64,000 bases of DNA. Origin: Antechinus flavipes. Taxonomy: Eukaryota. The stretch is taken from contig NC_067401.1 in the NCBI RefSeq assembly GCF_016432865.1, positions 147,622,001 through 147,686,000 of the forward strand, read 5' to 3'. Under the pieces are notes generated by a model, which was not told where the DNA came from, did no database searches, and saw nothing but the letters and a program-made list of their open reading frames with translations. This document shows, in pieces, positions 1-12,700 of the stretch. The position numbers and the translations under genes were made by a program. The stretch's first letter is position 1; each line of letters begins with the position of its first letter.

Positions 1-756
1 AAACAAAATGAATTTGAAGTGAATATGAGGACCTAATTTTAAATTAAGTTGTTAAAAATTTCCAACTCAAAAATTAGATAACATGAAGTAAAGATAAAAC
101 CACAGTTAAGGAATAGTCGTCTGACTAGGGTGCTTGGTTATCACAATTTTTTGTTTGCTGCCCTCCCCCCTGAGAATGGCAGAAGGAACAAAAAAATAAA
201 ATGAAGAGATCATTATTTGTTTGTTTTTTTAAAGCAAGTTCCAGGGAGATATTGTTGCTCAGGGGATGAAAGACTGATCTTGACGATCAGAAAGACCTTA
301 ATTCAATTCTTTTCTCTGATAAATATCTAGCCAGGGAGTTCTAGTGGCCTGTTACCAGTTTTCTCAGGATACAAATGAGGATTGTATCAAAGATGCTCTC
401 ATGCGTTCTTTTTTCAGCTTTGTTTCTCTCTTTCATTTTGAGAGTTTCTGTTTTTGTGTTTATTCCTCATGGACTTTAGAAAGGGTCCACTCTCAGTTAC
501 TCAAGAAAACTTGATTAAGTGGACTCATTTTGGAGGGTTTCCATGAATTGGGGTTTGGGGGCATATGTTTATAAGCCAGCTAGGATATAAAGGGGGGAAA
601 CTTTTGAGGAAGTTTGGTGGGTGGAGGGCTGCTTTGTCTGTTGCTCCCATCCCTGAAGGGTGTTAAGCCTTCCAGAGAGAGGATGGGCTTTTGTGGGTGG
701 TATTGGGAAGGATCCGAAAGACCCTGGGAATTGACAGCCTTCTGGGCAATCCTCAG

Positions 757-3700
757 TTTCAAGATAACTTGGACGCTGCCGACCAGACGCTGAAGAAAGT
801 GAGCTCAGCTCTGAAGACGAAGGGCCACCATGGCCACGGGAACCCTCCGGGGGCAGCCTCAGACTGGCTTCGGCAGTTGGAGGTAAGGCGGCCCCCAGCC
901 ACCCTGGGGCCACGTCAGGAAGCCTCCCTGCCCCGTGCGGTGGCCCTGGATCACTGATGACAGTGAGAGGCCGGAGCATCCGAGGGAGACGGACCAACCC
1001 CACGTGTTTTATAAGGGGACGCAGCTGTCAGGGGGAGAGCTGGCCACTGGTAACCACCCACAGAGGGAAGGGGACGGCTCTCCCAGAGAGCCACCATACC
1101 CACCTCAGTATCCTGGAGTATCACGCCAGTCTGCCCTGGGTGTGCAGGCACATGCCCCAGACTCATCCTCCCCCCACAATCACATACACACCCATGCCCC
1201 CCACAAACACGTGTGTGTGCACATACCTGTACACACCTACACCTGTACACACAAACCCACAGAGAACACACACCTGGACACACAAACGCACATAGAACAC
1301 ACACAGACACACATCTGGATGCACACCTGTACATACAAGCCCACGTGGAACCCATACAGACACACACCTGTACATACAAGCCCACGTAGAATCCATACAG
1401 ACACACACCTGTACATACAAGCCCACGTAGAATCCATACAGACACACACCTGTACATACAAGCCCACAGAGAACACACACCTGTACACACAAACCCACAT
1501 AGAACACACACAGACATACATCTGAATGCACACCTGTACATACAAGCCCACGTGGAACCCATACAGACACACACCTGTACGTACAAGCCCACGTAGAATC
1601 CATACAGACACACACCTGTACATACAAGCCCACAGAGAACACACACCTGTACACACAAACCCACATAGAACACACACAGACATACATCTGAATGCACACC
1701 TGTACATACAAGCCCACGTGGAACCCATACAGACACACACCTGTACATACAAGCCCACGTAGAATCCATACAGACACACACCTGTACATACAAGCCCACA
1801 TAGAACACATACACCTGTGCATGCAAGCCCACATAGAATACACACCTGTACATGCAAGCCCACATAGAACACACACAGACACACACCTGTATATACAATC
1901 CCACATAGAACACACACCTGTACACACAAACCCACATGTGTACCTTATATGCACACATACCTGTACACACTAACCACACACTTACCCCCACTCACATCCC
2001 CACATGCACACACATTAATACTCAGCCATGAGCCCCCCCCCCCCACACTCTTCCTCCTAACAGGGCCCGGCCCCTCAGAGAAGTCCCCGCTGCTGCCGTC
2101 GCAGACCAGGATGAGGCTGGGCCGGCGGTGGGGGGAGGGCGGGATTTCTCATCCATCCTCATGTGTTTATTGAGCCTTTATTCTCTGAGAGACACAAGGC
2201 CGGAGCTGGAGCTCCAGGGACAGGAGGGAGACGGCCCCGCCCTCAAGGGGTCCAGGACATAGCTGAGGGAGGAGGGGAGGCCGCTTCTCGGGATGCAGGA
2301 CGGGGCTCAGGAAGGTTTCGTGTAGAAAGCGCCGTCTGCACTGTCCTCAAGGAGGCCGCGGATTCCAAGAGGTGGAATAGGAGGTGCACGTGAGGGATGA
2401 GAGACGGCCGATAGGAAGGCAGAGAGATGGGAGATGGAGAACTGGGTGAGGGGGAGCCAGGAGGCTCTTTGGGGTCAGTCGTGTCTGGAGGGTTGGACCC
2501 CATTCGGGGTTTGCCTGGCAAAGATAGTGGAGTGGCTGGCCATTTCCTTCTTCAGCCCACTTTACAGATGGGAAAACTGAGGCAAACAGGATGAAGTGAC
2601 TAGCCCAGGGTCTCACAGCTGGAAAGTGCCTGAGGTTTGACTGGATTCCCAAGCCCGAAGCTCTATGCATCCTCACTGCCCCCTGTGCAGAGGGGAGTGA
2701 TGTGTAAATGTTTTATACTCGGGCCTAGAGAATAAACCAGCGTTTCCTGGGGAGGGCAGGAGGGCCATACCTGAGCTTTGCACTGTGGCGGAGGGTGCTT
2801 AATGCCCTGGAGCATCCCGCTGGAGGGGTTCAGGGGCTGGTGCTCAGGGGCCATCGGCAGGACAGGGGGCACAAGAGGAGCCGAGCTGGGCATTACATGG
2901 AAGGTTTCAAAGAACAGACGCTTTCTTGGAAGGCCCCCGGGTAATCCAGAGGATGGATTAGCAGAGAAAAGGGAGGAGGGCTGTCTCCCAGGAGCAGGTT
3001 TGACATTTGGGGGGGACACGGAGAGAAGGGCCAGGGAGGCTTCCTCTCCAAACCCGAAGGCTCCTGACCCCTCCGGACAGCTGCTCTTCCCCCTCCTTCC
3101 TCCCACAGGCGGAAGAAAGACAGCTAAACACATTGGAGAGGACAGTCAAAGACCTGAAGAAACAAGCCCAGGATATTTTCCCCCTCCCTCTTCGAAGGAA
3201 GCATCTCGTGAAGCCCCTCCAAGTGGACAGCATCTGCGACTGGGATTCTGGCGACGTAAGGGCAATGTTGCTGGCTCTACGCCTGTCAGTCAGTCAGTAA
3301 GCACTTATTAAGTGCCTACTGGGTGCCAGGCAACACATCAAACACTAGGAAGGCACAAGATAGTCCCTCTCCTTGAGAGCATAATCCATGTATGCAGACA
3401 GATAGGTAACAGAAAATAGATATATAGAAATTAATCAACAAAAGAAATGGAATAGATAAATAGAAAACAATAACAGATAAGAAATAATCAACAGAGGAAA
3501 GGCACTAGAGTTAAGAGGGATTGAGAAAAGCTTCTAGTGGAAAAAAAAGCCTAAGGCACCATGTTAAAGGGGGTCTGCCTGCAGCCTCACACTTGACTTT
3601 GTCAGCCAAGGTCCATAGAAGCCTCCATCATAGCAAGTCCCTGGGTTCTCCTGGCACAGCGCAACAGCTCCAGTCAATCAGCAAGTATTTATCAAGAGCT

Positions 3701-6700
3701 TACTACATGTCGAGCACTGTGTCAAGTGCTAGGGATAGAAAAAAAAGGCAAAAACATGTTTAGCATGTATTGCATTACCTGCCATCTAGGGGAGAGGGGA
3801 GATGGAAGGGAGGGAAAAAAATTTGGAACACAAGGTTTTGCAAGGGTGGATATTGAAAAGTATACATGTGTTTTGAAAATAAAAAATTATAAAAAAAATT
3901 AAAAAACACTGACCCAGCCTTTAAGGATCTCACAGTGTAATGGGATAGACAGCATATGAATAAGCAGGTTTATCCAAATCAAGGGGGAGGAAAATGAATC
4001 GGGGGGGAAATATCCGTGGCAAGAGGGACCAGGAAAGGCCTCCTGCATGGAATGGGATTTGAAATAAAGGGAAAGGATGAAAGGATAGAGCATCTCAGAT
4101 GGGGGGTCACAGGCAATGCAAAGACACTGAGATGGCAGCCAGCATCGTGTCTGAGGGACCTGGGCTCCAGATTCCTCTCCCCCATCCAGGTGCAACTATT
4201 TCGAGGAGAAAAGTACACCCTGAAGGATAACAGTGACCCCCATACCTGGGTGGTGGAGGGTCCTGGTGGGGAGTCCAAGAGAGCCCCAGCTGCCTGCTTC
4301 TGCATCCCCCCACCTGACCTAGAAGCCGTGGCCAGGGTCGGCAGGTACGGTGTGGTCCAGGTAGTTTCTTGGGACCTCCCTGACCCCTCTCTTTATCATG
4401 TCCTCCTCTGCCCCTCAAGGCTGAGTCCGGTGGCATATATCCAGTTTGTTCCCCATCCCCTGCTGGCTTCCCTTTGGCCGGCTGAGTGGGTGCATCATTT
4501 TCCAGACCCACAAACTGGGCTCAAGCCGAGGGCTCTGTGGGTCTCTGAAGGCTTTGCTCCCCCCCCCCCCGGGCCAATTCTTTCCATCTTCCTTTGGGTT
4601 TGCCTGGGTCAGGTTAGAATTTTATAACATTGGGGGGGCCCTGTCAGCCTGCATAAGGGCTCTGAGGAAGGAGGGAGGGAAGAAAGAGTTCAAGAGAGGA
4701 GACTTATCTTCTCATCTACCTTCCTCTCCCAGGGTAGATTGTGACCTGCAGGCGCTGAAGCAGAAATGTAAGGACTTCCAGCGCAATGCAATGACCAGCT
4801 CCAGTGAGCTCGTGCGGCCCAGCAAGCAGGGTATGGGGGCAGGGGGACAATGGGGCTTATGGTATATAAGGTGGATGGGGACTGCAGTGGGAGACCTAGG
4901 ACACGAAGAGAGCATTGGCAATAGGGAACTGGGTCCACCTTCTGACAGAGGAAGAAGGCCAAAGAGTATGGACATGTAGGCTCTGTCTTATCCAAGAACT
5001 CTCACCTTCATAACACACCCCTGACTCTCTAGCTAAAAACTACTCTTCACTTCCTTTAGATTCATCACACCTGACGCCAAGCATATAGGATTCTTTTGAT
5101 TCTACCATTTTTAGCATGTTTTAAGATTTGCAAAGTTTTTTTAAAATACTGTATATTTTATGAATTAATTTTATCATAAATTATATATCTTACAAATTTT
5201 ATTAAAAATTATATATTTTATACATTATAAATTTTATCATAAATTCTATATTTTACAAATGTTATTGTAAATTATGAATTTATGACTATTTTAACATTTA
5301 CATTTATGTAATTAGTTATTTTCACATCTACCTTAGGATTATTATCCCCATTTTTGTTTTTTATAAATGACAAACAGAGGCTGGATTTGAATTCTGTAGG
5401 TAGCTAAATGGTTCAGTGGATGGAACTGCTGTGCCAGGAGTTCCAATATGATATCAGGCATTTACTAGTTGTGTGAATCTGAGTCAGTCACCTAATCCTA
5501 TTTGCTTTAATTCACTGGAAAAGGAAAATGCAAACTACTCCAGTACCTTTGTCAGGAAAATCCCATGGACAGTACCAGCATGGTATGGTCTATGGGATCA
5601 CAAAGAGTCAAAGTCAGACAGGACTAAATGGTTCAACAATAACTTCTTGAATCTAGATTAAGTGAACCACTAGAGATAGGCTAGAGCCAGTTCCCATGAG
5701 TTTGAGAACCCATTGTTAAATTTTGATTGTGGAGCATTTATATTCCAGAAATTAGCAAACACTACAAATCAGAGCTTGACTTATTATTTCTTGACTGTCT
5801 AGACTTCGGAAAGTGTCGGGGGGGAATGTTATTAATGCAGATTAAAATTCAAAATGTATTGTGGCATTATTTTCCCAGAGAACTGGTTTTTAAACACTTA
5901 CCAACATATTGAAACTTACTATCCTAGATGATTTTTCTTTTAATTTATTTTTATTCTATCCTCAACAATCACCAAAGTGAACATTTTCTATATACATAGT
6001 AGAATAGAAAAATAGAGTTACATATAAAACTTTAAATATACTAAATACAGCTTGCTTTATTTAAAAAAAAAAAGTCTACATTAAGTTCTGCTATAGCTGT
6101 TAGAGCTGTCCTGCTTGTCTGCTTTTTTCTGATCTTTATTCTATTTCTTTCTCTGAATTTTAAAAAAGTGTTCAATGACCTTCTTTTCTTTTTCTTCCTT
6201 TTGCTACCCCATCCCTATATTGCCCCTCACTATCCCAATCCCACTTCGTTGAGAAAAAAAGAAAAACCAAAACAAAATTCTAGGAACAAATGTTTGTAGC
6301 CAGAGAAAACAAATTTCCAAAGTGGCCACATCAGAAATTAAACTGGGAATTCTTTCCTCATCTACTTTATTCCCCCTTCTCTGTTCCCTGTGGACTTATT
6401 TGTACAATCCAGATCACATCCATACAGACAAGGAGCTATATTCTTATCTCTCCAGAGACTCTTCTTTATCCTTCATTTTTTATTATGCTAAATATAGATT
6501 TCTGTTCATACTTATGCACACAGTGGTGACTGTTCATTGAGAATGGAAGGGAGGAGGAATAGGAATAGGGAGATGGGAATCCTGGGAGTTGAGTTCTTAT
6601 TCACCCAAGTTTGTCTGTCTTAATCCCCTCTACCAGCTCCCTCAAGCACTGCCCCAGTCAACCCCCAAGCCCAGAAGCTGCTGACCCAGCTGACTCAGTT

Positions 6701-9700
6701 GGATAGTAACCTGAACCAGATAGAACATGAGATCCTGGGCTGGGTCCGTGCCCCCCTGAACCGCAGTGCCCCCCTGGATGACCTCAACACTCGTATCCGG
6801 AGCCAGGAGGTGGGTGAAGCTCTGGGAGCCCTATCCTGGAGGGACAAGGGGATGGAAATCGGCTATTAATTCCACCAATATCTACAGGATGCTTACTATG
6901 CAAAAGGCACAGTGCTAGGTTCTTGGAATGGGGTGGGGGATAAATGAGACATAGTCCTTTCTCTCATAGAGCTTACAGTCTAATAGAGGAGATGATATAT
7001 ACACAAAGAGCATTAAGAGGCAAAATGTGCCATAAATGAAGAACAGGGAAAGTATTATGTGAGTTGAATAGGAAAAATTATAGTTGGTTGGGGGAGTTAG
7101 AGAAGGCTTCATGGAGTTGACATTTGAATGAGGCCTTGAAAAAATGAATAGGATTTCCATAGGAAGATGTCAAAAAGAGAGATTTCAGGTAATTGATGAA
7201 ACCGCCATGCAAAAAACTGCATGTTTAGTATGAACAGAAAAAGCAAGTGGTCCGTTTGGTGGGACTGTGAGATGTATAAAGGAAGGTAAAGCTAGAAAGG
7301 TTGTTTGAAGCCTTGAATGGCGGGCTAAGGAATTTGGAAATGGCAACTGAGGAATGTTGTCATTAATTTATTTATCAGTACCCCAATGTGGACTGTTTAG
7401 GAAATAGTATTTCTTAAATGCATAAAATATAGTGGATGGCAAAGGAAACCAAAAGTTAGTGAAAATAAAATGGTGTGTGTGTGTATATGTGTGTATATAT
7501 ATTCATTCTCATCCAAGTTCACAAACGCACTGAAATATTAACCCCAGGCTAAGAATCCTTGTGAAAAGCAGAATTGGAGCTTGGAAGAAGATGGAAGCTC
7601 CAGAATTCTATAGTGGGGTGATGGGGGGGAGCTATTTTTCTTGAGTGTTAGTTGAAGGTGAGCAACCAGATGAGAGCACCATGAGAGAGAGTGTAGGAAG
7701 AGAAAGGAGGAACAATGAGCACAGGGCCTACATCTAGAGGAGTATGACCACATTTAGTAGGAGGAGAAAGAAGAGTCAAAGGAAGTGAATGTCAGAGAAG
7801 TAGAAGGATCAGAAGTGATCTATCATGTAGTGGGTTGGATAGCTGCTCAAGAGTAGATAGCGGGAAACTGGAAAGTACACTACCCCTCCCACCATGCTGG
7901 GATCTGAAACAAAGCCCTGTGGTACCATCTTAGTTCCAACTCTGATGTCATGAAAGTCAAGAGAGGAGAAAAGAGGGAGGTGTTCAGGATGATCAAATGC
8001 TGTATCATCTTCATGGCACTAAAAGACTACCAGGAAAATATTTATTAGCGTTACACATAAAAAATAATCCAAATTTTTAATCATTTAGAATAGCACTAAG
8101 GTCTTTGGGACACCCTGAAAATAATTATTTAGATAGTTACTTAAGTGCAGAGGAGAAATGTCACCCAAATTTGAGAGGGGAATCTATGGATCCTTTCCAG
8201 CTGGAGGAAGGAAGTTTGAGGAGAGAAAGTAGCAATTGAGTTGGGTTTCAAAGTATTCAAACAGGCAAGTTGGATCTTCTCACTAAAATAGGAGGTAAGG
8301 CCATTTGTTGGGAATGAGGGAGGTGAGGTGGGGTTGGTGCTCTGGTCAATCCTCTTCTGGACATTCTTTAGCTTATCCATGTCATTCTGGAGCAGTGGTA
8401 CCCAGGACTGGGCTCAGCGCTCCTAATGAGAGCTGACAACTTGTTCTCTGAAGCACAATTTGAGCAGAATTAATTGGTGCTTAGGCCTGTAACTCCTTTC
8501 CTAAGGCTCTTGAAGATAGAGGCTGGTCTCCCCTCACCGGCCTCCTGAGCGACTGTCAAAGGTAGAGGCTGGTCTCCCCTCACCAGCCTCCTGAGCGACT
8601 GTCAAAGGTAGAGGCTGGTCTCCCGTCACCGGCCTCCTGAGTGACTGTCAAAGGTAGAGGCTGGTCTCCCCTCACCAGCCCCCTGAGAGTCTGATTATCC
8701 TGGATAATGGGAGGCCGAGGGGGAGGCCCGGGCCGAGGGGCCTTGACAGGTAGAGCAGTGAATGACGGTCTGCTGTAGGCGTCAGAATCCCTGGGTCCAC
8801 AGTAAGGCTCGTGCCTCTGTCTGCAGAACCTCGCCCGCAGGCTGCAGGGCCTGGAAGCTGAAAAGGAGGCCACGCAGAAGGAGTGCGAGTCTCTCCTGTC
8901 CTCCAAGCCAGCGGGACTCGCGGGGCTTCACCTGCCAGTGACCCTTAACAACGTCAAGAACAAATTCAGCGACGTGCAGGTCCTCTGCAGTCTCTACGGG
9001 GAAAAGTGAGTGTTCCCGGGAGTGGAGGGCGGAGGCGTTAGGCGAGAGGAGCGTGGCTGGGGGGGCTAAGCAGCAGGGGCTCGGACCCTTTCCCCTCTTC
9101 TCTCCCAGGGCAAAAGCATCCCGCGCCCTGGAACAGCAGATCCAGGCGTCGGAGAAGGTGATTCGGGGCTTCGAGTCCGGCCTGGCGCAGGAGGCTCCCA
9201 TCGCGGCGGGTCCCGGCGCCCTGCAGGAGCGGATCAGTCAGCTGCAGGTGAGGGAGCCCGGGGAGAAGCGAGACTCCCAAGAGTGGGCCGTGGGAGAGGG
9301 TGGGAAGGGCCGGGGGTGCAGACCAGTGGGAGGGGGCACCAGGCCCCGGCCTGGGCAGGTGGAGGCAGTGGGGGCTCAGCCTTCCTCTGCTCCCTCAGCG
9401 GCAGAGACGGGAGCTGCTGGAGCAGCAGGCCTGCGTCCTGGGCCTGCACCGGGAGCTGAAGGCCACAGAGCACGGCTGCAGCGCGCTACAAAACAACTTC
9501 CAAGAATTCTGCCAAGAGCTTCCCCGCCAGCGGCGCCAGGTGCAGGGGCTCACCGACCGCTACCACGCTGCGGCCGACGAGCTGGACCTGCGGTGAGGGC
9601 GGGGCCTGGCCGGTTGGGCATCGGGGCTGGCCGGGAGGGCGTCGGGGCTGCCTGGGAGGGCGTCGGGGCTGGCCGGGAGGGCGTCGGGGCTGGCCGGGAG

Positions 9701-12700
9701 GGCGTCGGGGCTGCCTGGGAGGGTGTCGGGGCTGCCTGGGAGGGCGTCGGGACTGGCCAGGAGGGCGTCGGGGCTGCCTGGGAGGGCGTCGGGGCTGGCC
9801 GGGAGGGCGTCGGGGCTGGCCGGGAGGGCGTCGGGGCTGCCTGGGAGGGTGTCGGGGCTGCCTGGGAGGGCGTCGGGACTGGCCAGGAGGGCGTCGGGGC
9901 TGCCTGGGAGGGAGCCGGGGCTGGCCGGGAGGGCGCCGGGACTGGCCGGGAGGGCGCCGGGGCTGGCCGGGAGGGCGTCGGGGCTGCCTGGGAGGGCGTC
10001 GGGGCTGGCAGGGAGGGCGTCGGGGCTGCCTGGGAGGGCGTCGGGGCTGGCAGGGAGGGCGCCGGGGCTGCCTGGGAGGGCGTCGGGGCTGGCAGGGAGG
10101 GCGCCGGGGCTGCCTGGGAGGGCGTCGGGGCTGCCTGGGAGGGCGTCGGGGCTGCCTGGGAGGGAGCCGGGGCTGGCCAGGAGGGCGTCGGGGCTGCCTG
10201 GGAGGGCGTCGGGGCTGCCTGGGAGGGCGCCGGGGCTGACCGGGAGGGCGCCGGGGCTGCCTGGGAGGGTGTCGGGGCTGCCTGGGAGGGCGTCGGGGCT
10301 GCCTGGGAGGGTGTCGGGGCTGGCCGGGAGGGCGTCGGGGCTGCCTGGGAGGGCGTCGGGGCTGGCCGGGAGGGCGCCGGGGCTGCCTGGGAGGGCGTCG
10401 GGGCTGGCCGGGAGGGTGTCGGGGCTGGCCGGGAGGGTGTCGGGGCTGCCTGGGAGGGCGCCGGGACTGGCTGGGAGGGAGCTGACTTCTCCTTTGCCCA
10501 GTCTTTGGCTTCTTCCCTGTGGCCGGGAGGAGCGTCCCAGCTTCCCCGGGGCCGGAGGCTCATCTCGTCCTGTCCCTCCCCAGGGAGAAGGCCGTGCAGG
10601 ACGCCAGCCTCCTCCACCAGCAGCTCAGGAACTGCGGCGAGAACCTCCGCTCCTGGATGGAGCACCTCCCCCGCCACGAGCTGGGGCCCTCCGACGGGCC
10701 CAGTCAGGTCACCTACAAGCTGCAGGCCCAGAAGGTGAGGGCCCAGGTGCTGGGCTCTCTCCCCGGTGGGGCCTTCACGGGCTCGGGCCCGCCCTGAGAC
10801 ACCGGCCGCCTGGCCTTGTCTCCTGGGCCTCTGAAGGAGGCCGAAGCCTGGGCCTGCGTGGCCTCCGGTTCCCCTCCGCCCCTCATCCATGGGGAGGGGA
10901 GGAGGATGGCGCGAGGACCGGCTAGATGGGGTCCGCGAGCCTGGACTCTTATGTGTGTGTATCTGCTTCCCCCTCGTGGCCGTACCTGGAAACGTCCTGG
11001 CCCACTCCCGGAAGCTGGCCCACGGGATCCACTTGGGAATTCTTCCCAGGCACTTCCCATCTCCGGGGCTGCAGGCTGGGGCTTGTCCATCTCCCACGGC
11101 TGCAGCAGCAGGCCGAGCTTCCACCTCATGTCCTCCCTTCCCCACCCCAACCCTGAGAGAAGCCCACAGAGTCCCAAGAGAGTGCCTTCGGGGGACCCTG
11201 GCCCATGGGAGAGCCCGGAGCCCAGGCCGGGACTCGAGATCAGACCCGTGATCACTGCACTGGACGAGGGTTAGACTCCATAACCTGTCAGGTCCCTCCT
11301 GCATCCCTCCCTTACCTTGCCTGCCTTCGGGAGGTAAGGCCTCTGCCAGATCAGGCCGGGGGATCAGGAGGAGCCCCAGACCCTCCCTCTGCCGCTGTTG
11401 AGGCGAGCCCCTTAACTTGTGGGCCCGTTTCCTCATCTGTAAAACATGCAGCTGCACTCGGTGACCTCCAAAGCCGTGGTCCTCCGACCCCCAGGCTACT
11501 CCCACAGCGTTCCGTGGGGGGCCATTAGCCATGCAGCCGTGCCCTGGTGGGACGTGCCCCCAGCACAGGCCTTGGCTACTCCCACTCCCCCTGCTCATTG
11601 CCCAACAAGAGTCCCTGGGGGGGAGCTGAGAGACAGTGAGATTCTATGGCTCAGGAGGCAGCTCCCCTCCGGGCCAAGGCCCATTTTTCCTTCTTTCTAT
11701 CCTAGCGTCTGGTCCAGGAAATCCAGAATAAAGAGAAAGACAAAAACACAGTATTCCACTTATCCCAGGACCTGCAAGCTGCTCTCCAAGTAAGTGTTTC
11801 CTCAGTTTTGTTCCTCCTCTCCTTCCTTTCTCCCTCTGTCAGCCCTTCTCCAAAAGATGCCCTCCCCACCCCTCATGGCTCCGACTGCTAGATTCCCTTC
11901 CTTCTCTGCAGGATTATGAGCGGCAAACAGACAAGTACCGTTGTTCCCTGGACCCCACACTGACTGTATCTGCCCCCAAGAGACCCCGAATCACTCCTTT
12001 GCAGGAGAGCATCCAGGCCCAGGTAAGGACGGACCACACCTTTCTCCCCAGCCTACTGTTCCCCCATAGAATTGTAAGTCCAGTCTTTCCGGAAGGAACC
12101 ACTCAGAACTGACTCCATCCTGTTTTCCTTCCACCCCAACTCCAGGAGAAGGACCTAATCAACCGCTATACTGAGGTTGCTGCCCAAACGCAGCAGCAGC
12201 TGAGTCAATTGGAGTTTGCCAAGAAGGTGTTGGAAAAGGTACTGAGATGATCCTTGGGATCCCTTTACTGGCATGGCTCCCAATTCCGAGATAATGTGGT
12301 AGCCTCCGTGAATAGCCCCTGCCAATTCAGGGTGCTTTCTGATCCCCAGTGGTCTTGTCTCCCTAGCCCTATACTTGGGGTGCAGGTAGGCTGAAAAGGA
12401 GGTGATCCTTTCCACAGTTCTCCACAGAGCCACAGGCGGATCCTTCACTCTGGGCTCCCCTGGCACCCCAGAAAGCCCAGCCTCTCCCAAAAAAGTCATA
12501 CTTCCCCACTGAGGGAGCAGAAGAGAGAGAAGGAAAAGATCACAAGAGGCCATTAAATGCTTTTTCCCAGGGCTTCTTGTCATTTGAGAGTACAGCACAG
12601 ATCCCTCTTTTCCTATTGTGATCAGTTGGCTGGGCTTCCCCTGGGGGTTGACAAACAGTATGGGGGACGAGTTGAAGATTGCACTTTTTGGAAGGTTGGA

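Noticed and set aside
935-1991. Cys/Val- and His/Thr-rich ORFs
   Set aside because: Translations of the CA-rich minisatellite.
9053-11598. Long ORFs of 561, 682 and 400 aa
   Set aside because: They run through the stop-free 21-bp VNTR and are low-complexity. The true EVPL frame stops immediately in that intron.
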